Positions 1 through 9,010 of a stretch of DNA of 64,000 bases are shown piece after piece. The DNA is taken from positions 4,418-68,417 of the forward strand of contig SHYE01000001.1 in NCBI GenBank assembly GCA_009692935.1, read 5' to 3'. The position numbers and the translations under genes are program-made. The notes beneath the pieces are model-generated. The model had not been told where the DNA came from, did no database searches, and was given only the letters and a program-made list of their open reading frames with translations. Numbering within the stretch: position 1 is the first letter of the stretch; every line of letters starts with the position of its first letter. This DNA is from Dehalococcoidia bacterium. Lineage in GTDB: Bacteria > Chloroflexota > Dehalococcoidia > SHYD01.

Positions 1-345
1 CAGGGCGATGACCTCGGGTCGCTCATCGGACGGCGCGGTCAGACGCTCTCGTCGTTGCAATACTTGGTGAACCTGATGGTGCGGCAGCAGAGCAAAGAAT
101 CGCTGATGATCATCGTCGATGTTGAAGGCTACCGGGCCCGGCGCTACGGCTCGCTGGCGAACTTGGCCCACCGCATGGCCGAACGGGTTCGCAGCAGCGG
201 CCAACCGGTGACGCTTGAGCCAATGACCGCGGCCGAGCGCCGGATCATCCACATGACCCTGAAGGACTATGCTGACCTGACCACCCAGAGTGTTGGTGAG
301 GGTGAAGCCCGCAAGGTCAACATCATTCCCAGGAAGAAAGCCTAA
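1..345 (+). CDS. jag: Jag/KhpB (EloR) RNA-binding protein, C-terminal KH + R3H part (5' truncated by window edge)
   Basis: Frame 1 reads QGDDLGSLIGRRGQTLSSLQYL (KH GxxG) then EPMTAAERRIIHMTL...SVGEGEARKV (R3H). Confidence 0.93.
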   Translation, partial: QGDDLGSLIGRRGQTLSSLQYLVNLMVRQQSKESLMIIVDVEGYRARRYGSLANLAHRMAERVRSSGQPVTLEPMTAAERRIIHMTLKDYADLTTQSVGEGEARKVNIIPRKKA

Positions 346-370
346 CCCAGGACAGCCTGACTCGAGTGCA

Positions 371-400
371 AAGGAGGGGAGCCAAGCGGCTCCCCTCCTT
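371..400. terminator. Hairpin between convergent genes, probable terminator
   Basis: AAGGAGGGGAGCC-aagc-GGCTCCCCTCCTT, 13-bp perfect stem. Confidence 0.7.
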
Positions 401-419
401 GTTCCTTCGTTCGTCGGCG

Positions 420-1739
420 CTAGGCCTGCTGCAACTCGGGGTGCTGCGCAAACGCCTCACGATACGCCGCTGTCGCCGACTGCCAGTCAGCACCCTCCGG
501 TAGGAAAATGCCGCCTGAGCGTTGCCGGAACACGGCGGGATTGTCGGCGCCCGGGGGTATGGTACCGTGATCCCGCATGGCTGCGGCGGCCCGGATCAAG
601 CGCTGGCGGGTGCGGATGACCATGGCATCGCTGGTGCCCAGGTGCTCGGCCGACCGGTCGAGGATGCCGCCCATGCCCTCAGTGATCGCCTGGTCCTGGC
701 AGGTGATGCCGTCGATACCGGTATAGCTGCCGGTCTTCTGGACGGCCCGGTCGATCAGATAGTCGTTCTGCTTGTTCTGGGTGGCCCGCCATCTGCCCAA
801 CCATCCGGTCGCTTGCGGCAGGTACTCGAACCGGCCGGTGGAGCCCACCGGGGGCGCGCCACGGCGCTCTCGCCCGTCTTGCCCCTGCCTGGCGAAGCGA
901 TTGGCCTGCACCATACTCCACACCATGGTGTGCTCGTCATCCACTGGCACCCACGCACGGGCGAAGATCTGCAAACCCAGCGTCCCGGTAGGAATCAGCG
1001 TCCAAAACGGGAACATGAAGTGGGCAAGCCGCCAGTAGAGTTGGCCGGGCGCCGCCGGACGGTAGGCGCCATACATGGTTCCGAAGTCGGTGTTCACCAC
1101 TTCGTAACGGGGCGCACGGTCTTTCACGGTGAAGAAGTCAAAGGTGCCGGGGACGGTGTCTTCCTCCTTCACGGCGCCAAGGTGCAGGAAGGCGAGGTGA
1201 CTGGTGTCGATGTCGCCCTCTAGCGCTTGCACCCAGTTGCATTCACGGAGGGTGGTGTTCACAGACCACTCACCCTCCTCCATCATGTTGGCCTCGATGT
1301 CGGGGAGCTGCGGCGGCGTAGCCAGCGGACCCATGTAGATCCACACCACACCGTTGCGCTCGGTGGCCGGGTACGCTGCCGCCTTGATCTTGTGCTTGAA
1401 GTTGCTTTCGGCGGGTTCGTTCGGCATGTCGACGCACGCGCCGGTCACGTCGAATTTCCAGCCGTGGTACACGCACCGCAGGCCCTCTTCCTCGTTACGG
1501 CCAAAGAACAAGGAGGCGCCGCGGTGCGGGCAGGCGTTCTGCATGACACCAATGGACCCCGAAGTGGTGCGATAGGTCACGAGGTCTTCGCCCAGTAGCC
1601 GCAGCCGTAACGGCGCGCCGTCGGCCTCGGGGAGTTCGCTCGACATCAAGGCGGGTATCCAGTACTGGCGCACCAAGCCGCCCATCGGAGTGCCGGGGCC
1701 AATCCGGCACATTAGCTCATTATCCCGCTGTGTCAACAT
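420..1739 (-). CDS. Rieske non-heme iron oxygenase alpha subunit (phthalate 4,5-dioxygenase/LigXa-like)
   Basis: CPHRGASL...CVYHGW Rieske motif; EGDIDTSHLAFLH and QDQAI mononuclear Fe ligands; start reassigned to MLTQRDNE behind AAGGAG. Confidence 0.92.
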   Translation of the reverse strand: MLTQRDNELMCRIGPGTPMGGLVRQYWIPALMSSELPEADGAPLRLRLLGEDLVTYRTTSGSIGVMQNACPHRGASLFFGRNEEEGLRCVYHGWKFDVTGACVDMPNEPAESNFKHKIKAAAYPATERNGVVWIYMGPLATPPQLPDIEANMMEEGEWSVNTTLRECNWVQALEGDIDTSHLAFLHLGAVKEEDTVPGTFDFFTVKDRAPRYEVVNTDFGTMYGAYRPAAPGQLYWRLAHFMFPFWTLIPTGTLGLQIFARAWVPVDDEHTMVWSMVQANRFARQGQDGRERRGAPPVGSTGRFEYLPQATGWLGRWRATQNKQNDYLIDRAVQKTGSYTGIDGITCQDQAITEGMGGILDRSAEHLGTSDAMVIRTRQRLIRAAAAMRDHGTIPPGADNPAVFRQRSGGIFLPEGADWQSATAAYREAFAQHPELQQA

Positions 1740-1953
1740 CAGGTGCTCCTTATCAGTAGTACGGCGGGCCGTCCGAGGTTTGGGGCTGGTACCACCGCCA
1801 GATGATGGCCGCACGTTACCGGGCTACGGAGGGCGTGTCAAACTTGGGAGCCGCAGTCGCACATCTCGCAAACCTGCGGGCTGGAATGCCCAGCAGTGAT
1901 ATCGTGGGTGTGCCCAGTCCCAACCGCACTCTGCCCGAAGGAGATGTTCTCAT

Positions 1954-2916
1954 ATGAAGGCTGTGTTCCTCACCGCTCAAGGTGGCATCGACGCGCTGAC
2001 CTATGGCGACCGGCCCGACCCCACGCCCCTGGCCGACGAGGTCATCGTGCGGGTGCGTGCGACCAGCATCAACCGCCGCGACCTTTTCGAGCGAGAGGGA
2101 AGTCACGGCGTGCGGTTGAGTTCGGACCATCACATACCGGGCCTGGACATCGCCGGCGAGGTGGTTGCACTGGGCGAGACCGCCGCCCGCCGCGGCAGGT
2201 TTGGCGTTGGTGACCGCGTGTTTGGCGTAGCCACGGGCGGGGCCTACGCGGAGCTTGCTCGGGCTGATCTCGCTGAACTGCAGCCCTTGCCCGCGAACGT
2301 AAGCTACGAGGAGGGGGCGGCGGTGCCCACCGTCTACGCCGCCGCCTATCGTGCGATGGTGGTGCGTGCCCGTATGCACATGGGCGAGGAGGTGCTGGTG
2401 ATGGCAGCAGGCAGTGGCGTCGGCAGCGCCGGAATCCTGCTGGGGAAGGCCGCCGGATGTCGCGTGCTCACCACTGCCAGCAGCGCGGTGAAACTAGAGA
2501 AGGCGGCAGCATTGGGCGCAGATGTGGGCATCGACTACCGTGAGACGCCGGAGTTCAGCCAGGCGGTGCTGGAGCACACCGGCGGGCAGGGTGTGGACCT
2601 GGTGTATGAGCACATTGGCGCAGAGGTGTTCGAGCAGGCGTACCGCAGCCTCCGGGTGGGCGGGCGGCTGGTAACGAATGGCGTGACCAGCGGCCACATG
2701 GTGCAATTGCACCTGGGCAGGCTATGGACCCGCGAGATCAGCCTGATCGGCTCAACGATGCACCCTGCAGAGGACTTGGCCGCGATTGTTCCATTACTGG
2801 CTCGGCGGGAAGTGCGCGGGGTGATAGACCGGGTGCTGCCCCTGCGGGACGCAGCCGAAGGGCACCGGGTCTTGGAATCGAGCGAGTTTTTCGGGAAGGT
2901 GGTCCTGTCCGTTTGA
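1954..2916 (+). CDS. MDR superfamily NAD(P)H:quinone oxidoreductase-like protein
   Basis: IPGLDIAGEV, AAGSGVGSA nucleotide-binding motif, GKVVL C-terminus; no Zn ligands. Confidence 0.88.
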   Translation: MKAVFLTAQGGIDALTYGDRPDPTPLADEVIVRVRATSINRRDLFEREGSHGVRLSSDHHIPGLDIAGEVVALGETAARRGRFGVGDRVFGVATGGAYAELARADLAELQPLPANVSYEEGAAVPTVYAAAYRAMVVRARMHMGEEVLVMAAGSGVGSAGILLGKAAGCRVLTTASSAVKLEKAAALGADVGIDYRETPEFSQAVLEHTGGQGVDLVYEHIGAEVFEQAYRSLRVGGRLVTNGVTSGHMVQLHLGRLWTREISLIGSTMHPAEDLAAIVPLLARREVRGVIDRVLPLRDAAEGHRVLESSEFFGKVVLSV

Positions 2917-3024
2917 GGGATCAAGCACCGACCGGACCCAAGATTGAGGCGCCCTTGGGAGCGCGCTTCATAGACCTATAGCCGCAGCCTACCCTGGCAA
3001 AGGTGCTGGTGGTGGCAGGCCCAC

Positions 3025-3336
3025 TCAGCGCATTTTGGAGGGGCGCTTGGGCAGGCGTTTCTCTTCTACCCGACAGGCATACACGGCCGAGACGAGCGTG
3101 GCAAGGTGCGCCGGCACGTTGGTGGACGAGATGCGCTTGAGGACCACGACGAACGGCTCGGTCTCCATCAGGGTTCCGATGGTCTCCGCGGTTTCGGCGC
3201 TGGCGGCGGCAGAGAACCGGGGGTCTACGTTGCAGGCATCAGCCACCATATCGGCGGACATGCCATGGGGGTCAACTGGGCCCGGCTCATCACCCCGGCG
3301 GGCCTGGCGGTGTTTCGGTTGTACGGTCCATGTCAT
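3025..3336 (-). CDS. Hypothetical protein
   Basis: 103-aa ORF whose start overlaps the upstream stop (ATGA). Confidence 0.45.
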   Translation of the reverse strand: MTWTVQPKHRQARRGDEPGPVDPHGMSADMVADACNVDPRFSAAASAETAETIGTLMETEPFVVVLKRISSTNVPAHLATLVSAVYACRVEEKRLPKRPSKMR

Positions 3337-3572
3337 TTCGACGCCTCGTCCATTTGCGTGGTGAGCTCAGTCCGCATCGCGGGATTGTTCAGCACCTTGG
3401 CGTACTCGCTGCTCTGTATGCCGCGGCGTGACGCGGTGCGCAGTAAGCCCGACTCGTTAGGGTCGCGATGTGAACCGGGGATGTGCACGCTGCGATCGGT
3501 GACCATTCGGTCGAGAGCAGCCTGCAGGCCGATCCACTGGCTTGGGTCGGTCAGCACCGTATCGGCGATCAT
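3333..3572 (-). CDS. Hypothetical protein
   Basis: 79-aa ORF with AAGGAG just upstream of ATG. Confidence 0.5.
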   Translation of the reverse strand: MIADTVLTDPSQWIGLQAALDRMVTDRSVHIPGSHRDPNESGLLRTASRRGIQSSEYAKVLNNPAMRTELTTQMDEASK

Positions 3573-3698
3573 GATTGCTCCTTGTGTTGTGACCGTAAGC
3601 AGTCTGGAATGACAGCGCCGTGCACCGAAACGACGGTGGGAAAAAGAACAGCGAGGCCGCTTGCTGCGTCCTCGCTGTTGGCTGGTATGGCTAGAGGC

Positions 3699-4025
3699 CT
3701 AGTAGCGCCTCGAGTTGCCGCCGCCGCCACCACCACCACCACCGTAGCCGCCGCGGTCACCGCCACGCCCACCGCCACCGGCCTCGCGGGCCTTGGCTTC
3801 GTTAACCGTGAGCGAGCGTCCGCCGAGTTGGGTGCCATTCAAACGGGCGATGGCCATCTTGGCCTCTTCATCGTTCGGCATGTCGACGAAGGCGAATCCG
3901 CGGGACTGGTCAGTGTACCGATCCTTCACAACGCTGGCACTCTCCACGATGCCGTGGCTTGCGAACAGCGTCCGCAACTCCTCATCGGTGGTAGCGAAGG
4001 GGATGCCCCCAACAAAAATACGCAC
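3699..4025 (-). CDS. RRM (RNP-1) RNA-binding protein with glycine-rich tail
   Basis: RNP2 IFVGGI, RNP1 RGFAFVDM, LTVNEAK, Gly/Arg-rich tail. Confidence 0.95.
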   Translation of the reverse strand: MRIFVGGIPFATTDEELRTLFASHGIVESASVVKDRYTDQSRGFAFVDMPNDEEAKMAIARLNGTQLGGRSLTVNEAKAREAGGGGRGGDRGGYGGGGGGGGGNSRRY

Positions 4026-4187
4026 GTCAACCTCGATCGCACCCTTACTGGGATGCTCCAGACGACCTTTTCCACGAAAGTAAACCTAGCCGACGATGGA
4101 AAAGAAGGAACATCGGAGGCTACGAAAAAGTATTCGTGGCCCTATCATATCACGCCGGCAAGGGGCCTGCCAGCAACGTGGCACGCG

Positions 4188-4350
4188 GTAACAGCTCAGT
4201 CTTCGGGTGTGGGGCTTAGCGCTTCGCTGTCGAACCGCGGCTTCACGTGGCCTCGCTTCTCCCGCCCGCCCTCGTGACCTTTGAGGAAGTGGGGAGCCCC
4301 TCGACAGGCTCAGGACAAGCATCCCACACCCCGTCTGAGGGGACTCGCCG
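4188..4350. repeat. Partial copy of ~250-bp MITE-like element with nested CCCTCGACAGGCTCAGG unit
   Basis: Colinear with 40718-40890 (cccgcccgccc...gaagtgggg...tcgacaggctcagga.aag...tga.gggac.cgcc). Confidence 0.65.
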
Positions 4351-4549
4351 GGTGGTTACACATTCAACCGGTCACGGGGCGCGCCAAAGCCGGTGCACGG
4401 CCAGAGGGGACTGGGATGGAGCGCCCGAGCAGGTGATCGACCGCGGGAGGTTGCGCGCCAGGTACGCGGTCGGCGCCGAGAGGGCGCGGTTCGAACCAGC
4501 GCCGTCGAATCCCGTTGGTACGGCGCCCCGGTGGGAACCAGGCTCGCCG

Positions 4550-4954
4550 TCAGGGGCGATTGATCATCGCCAGTGACGCGCGGTCGAAGTAGGCGCGCAG
4601 CACCTCGGCCTCGGCTTCCGGAATCTCCACCTCATCGATAGCGGCCAGCATGTGGGCCAGCCAGGCGTCGCGCTCTGCCATACCGATGGCGAAGGGCATG
4701 TGCCGCATCCGCATGAAGGGTGGCCCGCGCCGTTCGTTGAACAACGGTGGGCCGCCGAACAGTTGCACCAGGAACCAGAACTGCCGGCCGATGGCCTCGC
4801 TCAGGTCGGCCGGGAACATCGGTCGCAGGAAGGGGTCAGTGTCGATGCGGCGATAGAACGCCTCCACCAGATTGCGAAAGGTCTGCTCGCCCAGCGATTG
4901 GTACAGCGATTGCGAACGGTCGGGCATGCCGACGTGCAGCGGGAGTTCAGCCAT
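4550..4954 (-). CDS. Truncated (2/2) hemoglobin, group II GlbO-like
   Basis: LVEAFYRRI..DPFLRPMFP, FLVQLFGGP, MRMRHMPFAI, ERDAWL. Confidence 0.9.
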   Translation of the reverse strand: MAELPLHVGMPDRSQSLYQSLGEQTFRNLVEAFYRRIDTDPFLRPMFPADLSEAIGRQFWFLVQLFGGPPLFNERRGPPFMRMRHMPFAIGMAERDAWLAHMLAAIDEVEIPEAEAEVLRAYFDRASLAMINRP

Positions 4955-5055
4955 GGGTTAAGTGTAGCGCGCAGTTGTAAGGTTCGAGTTGCACGCAATC
5001 GATTGACAAGATGCCACCACATGCGTGGAGCATCCACGCCAAGGAGTACTGCACA

Positions 5056-5574
5056 ATGCTGTCGTTCGTCCGCATCAAGCACCGCGTGAATGTTGCGCTG
5101 CGGCTTAGCGGAGCGGCCCTGCTGCTGACCACCGCGGTGGGTCTGCCTCAAGCCGAACCAAAGCCCGCGCAGGCCGCCAACCTAGCCTAGAGCGATATGC
5201 GCCCCCCGTTGACGGAAGCCGGTGACACCAACGGCGCCGACGGCTATACGCCGCTGCCGGAGTACGGCGATGTGTTGCACGCGATCACGGTGGCGCCCAA
5301 CGGCGATGTCTACACCGCCGTCCGAACCTCCGGTGGCGCGGCCACCGCGTTCCGGTCACTCGACAGGGGCGGCTCTTGGCGCAGCATCGGGCACAACCTG
5401 CCCAACAACACATTGGTGCGGCAAATAGTGATTCCCCCGACCTACCCAACAGACCCTTTCCTCGCGCTAGTCTACGCCAACGCCGACCTGCGCCGCGGCG
5501 CCGGCGGCCTGCAGGAGCGCACAAAGCAGACCGTGGCGAAAGTACGGCCGACTAAGCCCGGCAGCAGGCGCTAA
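5056..5574 (+). pseudogene. Truncated secreted BNR/Asp-box (beta-propeller-type) protein with in-frame TAG at 5188-5190
   Basis: AAGGAG + ATG 5056; signal peptide ending PAQA; ANLA*SD in frame with ORF 5197-5574, which holds the Asp-box FRSLDRGGSW. Confidence 0.65.
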
Positions 5575-5593
5575 CTGAGCGTCGCTACGTCGA

Positions 5594-5633
5594 AAGGAAG
5601 CGGGGAGCAGCATGCGCTGCTCCCCGCTTCCTT
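5594..5633 (+). terminator. Long GC hairpin, probable terminator
   Basis: AAGGAAGCGGGGAGCAGC-atgc-GCTGCTCCCCGCTTCCTT, 18-bp perfect stem. Confidence 0.7.
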
Positions 5634-5701
5634 AGGCGGGCACTCGCCAAGCGGCGGTTATACTAGCAGCAACATCCCTTCTACCCATCAGGAGTCTACC
5701 C

Positions 5702-7231
5702 ATGAACCTGCCACGCCTCACCGTCACCACTGGAGACATCACCACCCAACAGGTGGACACCCTGGTGGTGAACCTCTTCGAGGGGGTTACCGCCCCCGGT
5801 GGTGCAACCGGAGCGGTGGACGCTGCGCTCGGTGGCGCTATCACGCAGCTCATCGGCGACGGCGAACTGAAGGGGAAGTCCGGCGAGTACACCTTGATCC
5901 ACACCTTCGGTAAGCTCCCGGCGCGAAGGGTGGTCGTGGTGGGCCTCGGCAAGGCCGCGGGCTTCGACCTGAACCGCGCCCGCAACGTCGCCGCCGAAAC
6001 GGCGCGCTATCTGCGGAGCAAGGGCGCGAAGCGGGTGGCGACTATCGTGCATGGGGCCGGTATCGGCGGGGTCGAGCCGGCGGCTGCCGCACAGGCCCTA
6101 GCCGAGGGCACGCTGATGGGTCTCTACCGCTTCGATCGCCACAAGAGCAAGCGCAACGAGACCAGCGACGACGCAGGGTTCACCGAACTGCTGGTCATCG
6201 AGCACGACGCCGCTAAGCTACCGGCGATCCAGCAGGGCGTGGAGATCGGCCGCATCACTGCCGAGGCCACCAACCTGTGCCGGGACTTGGCCAACGAAGG
6301 CTCGAACGAGATGACGCCGAAGCACCTCGCCGAGGCGGCTCGCACCGTTGCCGCCGCCACCGGCTTGGCCTTCCGAACCTACGGCCGCGACGAGATGCAG
6401 CAGATGGGCTTTGGCGCCCTGCTGGCGGTAGCTCAGGGCAGCGCCCAAGAGCCGCAGTTCATCACCCTGCACTACCAAGCCCCAGGGGCGCCGGCTAGCA
6501 AGCCCGCGGTTGCACTAGTGGGCAAAGGTGTCACGTTCGACTCCGGCGGTATCTCCATTAAGCCCGCCGAGGGTATGGACGCGATGAAGTCCGACATGTC
6601 GGGCGGCGCTGCGGTCATCGCTGCCATGCAAGCCATTGCGGCGCTCAAGCCGGCGGTCAGCGTGTGGGGTCTGGTGCCCGCCGCCGAGAACATGCCCAGC
6701 GCCACCGCCTACAAGCCGGGCGATATCGTGAAAGCGGCCAACGGCAAGACCATCGAGGTGGTGAATACCGACGCCGAGGGCCGCATGTTGTTAGCCGATG
6801 CCCTCAGCTGGGCCCGAAAGGAAGGCTTCTCGCCGCTGATTGACGTCGCCACGCTGACCGGCGCGGCTTCTGTCGCCCTGGGGCCCTACTACGCCGGTAT
6901 CATGGGCAACGACCAAGCCACCATCGACGGGGTGCTGGCGGCCGCAAAGGAAGCCGGTGAGAACTTCTGGCAGCTGCCGCTCACCGACGAGTATAAAGAC
7001 CTGGTGAAGAGCGACATCGCCGACGTGCGGCAGACCGGCACCGGTCGCGCCGGCGGAGCCATTAGTGCCGCGCAGGTGCTGCACGAGTTCGCCGAAGACA
7101 CTCCCTGGGCCCATCTAGACATCGCACCCACCTATCGCAGCAACAGCGACAAAGGCGTGCTGGTAAAGGGCTCCACCGGCGTGGCGGTCCGCACCATGAT
7201 CCGCTTCGTGATGCGGCAGGGCGCCGAGTAA
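5702..7231 (+). CDS. pepA: Leucyl aminopeptidase (M17)
   Basis: VGKGVTFDSGG, MKSDMSG and NTDAEGR signatures. Confidence 0.96.
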   Translation: MNLPRLTVTTGDITTQQVDTLVVNLFEGVTAPGGATGAVDAALGGAITQLIGDGELKGKSGEYTLIHTFGKLPARRVVVVGLGKAAGFDLNRARNVAAETARYLRSKGAKRVATIVHGAGIGGVEPAAAAQALAEGTLMGLYRFDRHKSKRNETSDDAGFTELLVIEHDAAKLPAIQQGVEIGRITAEATNLCRDLANEGSNEMTPKHLAEAARTVAAATGLAFRTYGRDEMQQMGFGALLAVAQGSAQEPQFITLHYQAPGAPASKPAVALVGKGVTFDSGGISIKPAEGMDAMKSDMSGGAAVIAAMQAIAALKPAVSVWGLVPAAENMPSATAYKPGDIVKAANGKTIEVVNTDAEGRMLLADALSWARKEGFSPLIDVATLTGAASVALGPYYAGIMGNDQATIDGVLAAAKEAGENFWQLPLTDEYKDLVKSDIADVRQTGTGRAGGAISAAQVLHEFAEDTPWAHLDIAPTYRSNSDKGVLVKGSTGVAVRTMIRFVMRQGAE

Positions 7232-7351
7232 GTCCGCCCCCAGGCTTGGGCCGGCCTGCGGCAGCTCGCACAACTTGACGCCTTGGGCACAATTTACCTA
7301 TAGTGCCCAAGGCTTTCTATCTTCATCCCCGCTATTGTCGGAGGAATCACC

Positions 7352-8419
7352 ATGTTCCCATTAACCGGTTGGCTGCCGGTCGTGCCGGCGCTTCTTTTAG
7401 TGTTGAGCGCATGTGCGCCGCAGCGAGCGGCAGCGCCCGAACCGCAGCCGGCGCAACCCCAGGCCGCCGGAGCGAAGACCGAATACCCAACCATGACGCT
7501 GAAATTCAATCACGTTGTGGCCCGAGACACCCCCAAGGGCAAGGCCGCCGACAAGTTCGCCGCACTGGTGAAACAGAAGTCGGGCGGCAAGATCGACGTG
7601 CAGGTGTTCCCCAACTCCGAACTGTACAAAGACGGCGAGGAGCTGGAGGCGCTGCAGCAGGGCGCCATCCACTTCATTGCCCCCGGCACCGACAAGCTGG
7701 GCGTATTGATCCCCGCCTGGGAAGCCCCTGTACTGCCGGGCATCTTTCTGAGCGAGGAAGCCGGCGACAAGTTCGTGGAGCCCGGCAACGCCGTGGCGAA
7801 GGAATTGCTGGAGAAGCTGCGGGAAAAGGGCCTGTTGGGCTTGAACGTCTGGCTCAACGGCTTCAAACACTTCACCTCCTCCAAACGGGCGCTCATTAAC
7901 CCCGACGACTTCAAGGGCCAGAAGTTCCGCACCTCCGGCAAGCCCGACGAGGCCTTTGTGAAGGCGCTGGGCGCGTCGGCTCAGGTTATGGCGTTCAGCG
8001 AGGTGTTCGGCGCGCTGCAGCAGGGCGTGGTGGACGGCCAGTTCAACACCCCCAGCAACATCGTGACCCAGAAGTTCCACGAGGTGCAGAAGTACGGCAC
8101 CGTGAGCCGCGGCGGCGTGATTTTGCTGTACGCCGTGGCCACCAACGCCAAGTGGTTCGACAGCCAGACGCCCGAGGTCAAAAAGCTGCTTTCCGAGGCC
8201 ATGGACGAAGCCACCCGCTTCAACAACAAAGTGGCTGCCGATGACAACAAGGCCGGCTGGGCCGCGATCAAAGCTAGCGGGCGCCTGGAGTTGCGCGAGC
8301 AGACCGAGGCAGAGGCCAAGGCGTGGGCTGTCGCCGGTGACCAAGTGCTCAAGGAGTGGGAGGCCCGCACCGGCAAAGAGATCATCGAAAAGCTGAAAGC
8401 GCTGAATAACAAGGGATAA
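7352..8419 (+). CDS. dctP: TRAP transporter substrate-binding lipoprotein
   Basis: Lipobox LSAC; DTPKGKAADKF, VFPNSEL, AFSEVFGALQQGVVDGQ. Confidence 0.92.
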   Translation: MFPLTGWLPVVPALLLVLSACAPQRAAAPEPQPAQPQAAGAKTEYPTMTLKFNHVVARDTPKGKAADKFAALVKQKSGGKIDVQVFPNSELYKDGEELEALQQGAIHFIAPGTDKLGVLIPAWEAPVLPGIFLSEEAGDKFVEPGNAVAKELLEKLREKGLLGLNVWLNGFKHFTSSKRALINPDDFKGQKFRTSGKPDEAFVKALGASAQVMAFSEVFGALQQGVVDGQFNTPSNIVTQKFHEVQKYGTVSRGGVILLYAVATNAKWFDSQTPEVKKLLSEAMDEATRFNNKVAADDNKAGWAAIKASGRLELREQTEAEAKAWAVAGDQVLKEWEARTGKEIIEKLKALNNKG

Positions 8420-8431
8420 CCTTCACCACTG

Positions 8432-9010
8432 TTGTCCAGCGTCACTCGCATCTACCAACAGGCCGACTCTCTGCTCTACCGCTTCGAAGCGGTAGCGGCG
8501 GGAGTCGGCTTGGGGTTTTCCGTGGCCGTCACCATGCTCGATGTGCTGCTGCGCAACGGCGGTGAATTGCTGGAGACCCTGTTCGGCGTCCGCTGGTCGG
8601 CGGGCATCGGTGGTGGCGGCGAAGTGGCCCAAGTCAGCATGATCTGGGGTATGCTCATTGGCGCCGCCCTGGGCAGCCGTCAGGGCATCCACATCGGTGT
8701 CGACGTGCTGGTGCAGAGGCTGCCGGCTACGCTGTGCAAAGCCGTGGTGCTAGTCTCGCTGGCAGCCGGGGCCGCATTCAGCGCCGCCGTCACCCTGCTG
8801 GGCATCGAGCTGGTGCAATTCTCGATGAACAGCGGCCAGATCACCGCAGACGTCGGCATGCCCCGCTGGATGCTGTACCTCTCTGTACCCACGGCCATGG
8901 CGCTGATGACCGTGCACCAGCTTCAGGTCGCAGCCGAGATGTGGCGCAGGCCGGCCGACGAGGTGAAGCGCAGCGCGCAAGCAGTGAGCGTCGAGGAAAG
9001 CGGCGCATGA
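8432..9010 (+). CDS. dctQ: TRAP transporter small permease
   Basis: 4 TM segments, HIGVDVL motif, between dctP and dctM. Confidence 0.88.
   Translation: MSSVTRIYQQADSLLYRFEAVAAGVGLGFSVAVTMLDVLLRNGGELLETLFGVRWSAGIGGGGEVAQVSMIWGMLIGAALGSRQGIHIGVDVLVQRLPATLCKAVVLVSLAAGAAFSAAVTLLGIELVQFSMNSGQITADVGMPRWMLYLSVPTAMALMTVHQLQVAAEMWRRPADEVKRSAQAVSVEESGA

Noticed and set aside
3710..3790. (CCG/CCA)n low-complexity repeat
   Set aside because: Encodes the glycine-rich tail of the RRM protein
4360..4545. Minus-strand GGGGCG...GGATTCGACGG and GGTTCGAACC resembling tmRNA or tRNA
   Set aside because: Spacing does not fit, and I found no acceptor stem, CCA end or tag reading frame
5188..5190. In-frame TAG as pyrrolysine or recoding
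   Set aside because: No pyl genes in the window, many intact genes end in TAG, and a TGG>TAG mutation in a truncated gene is simpler
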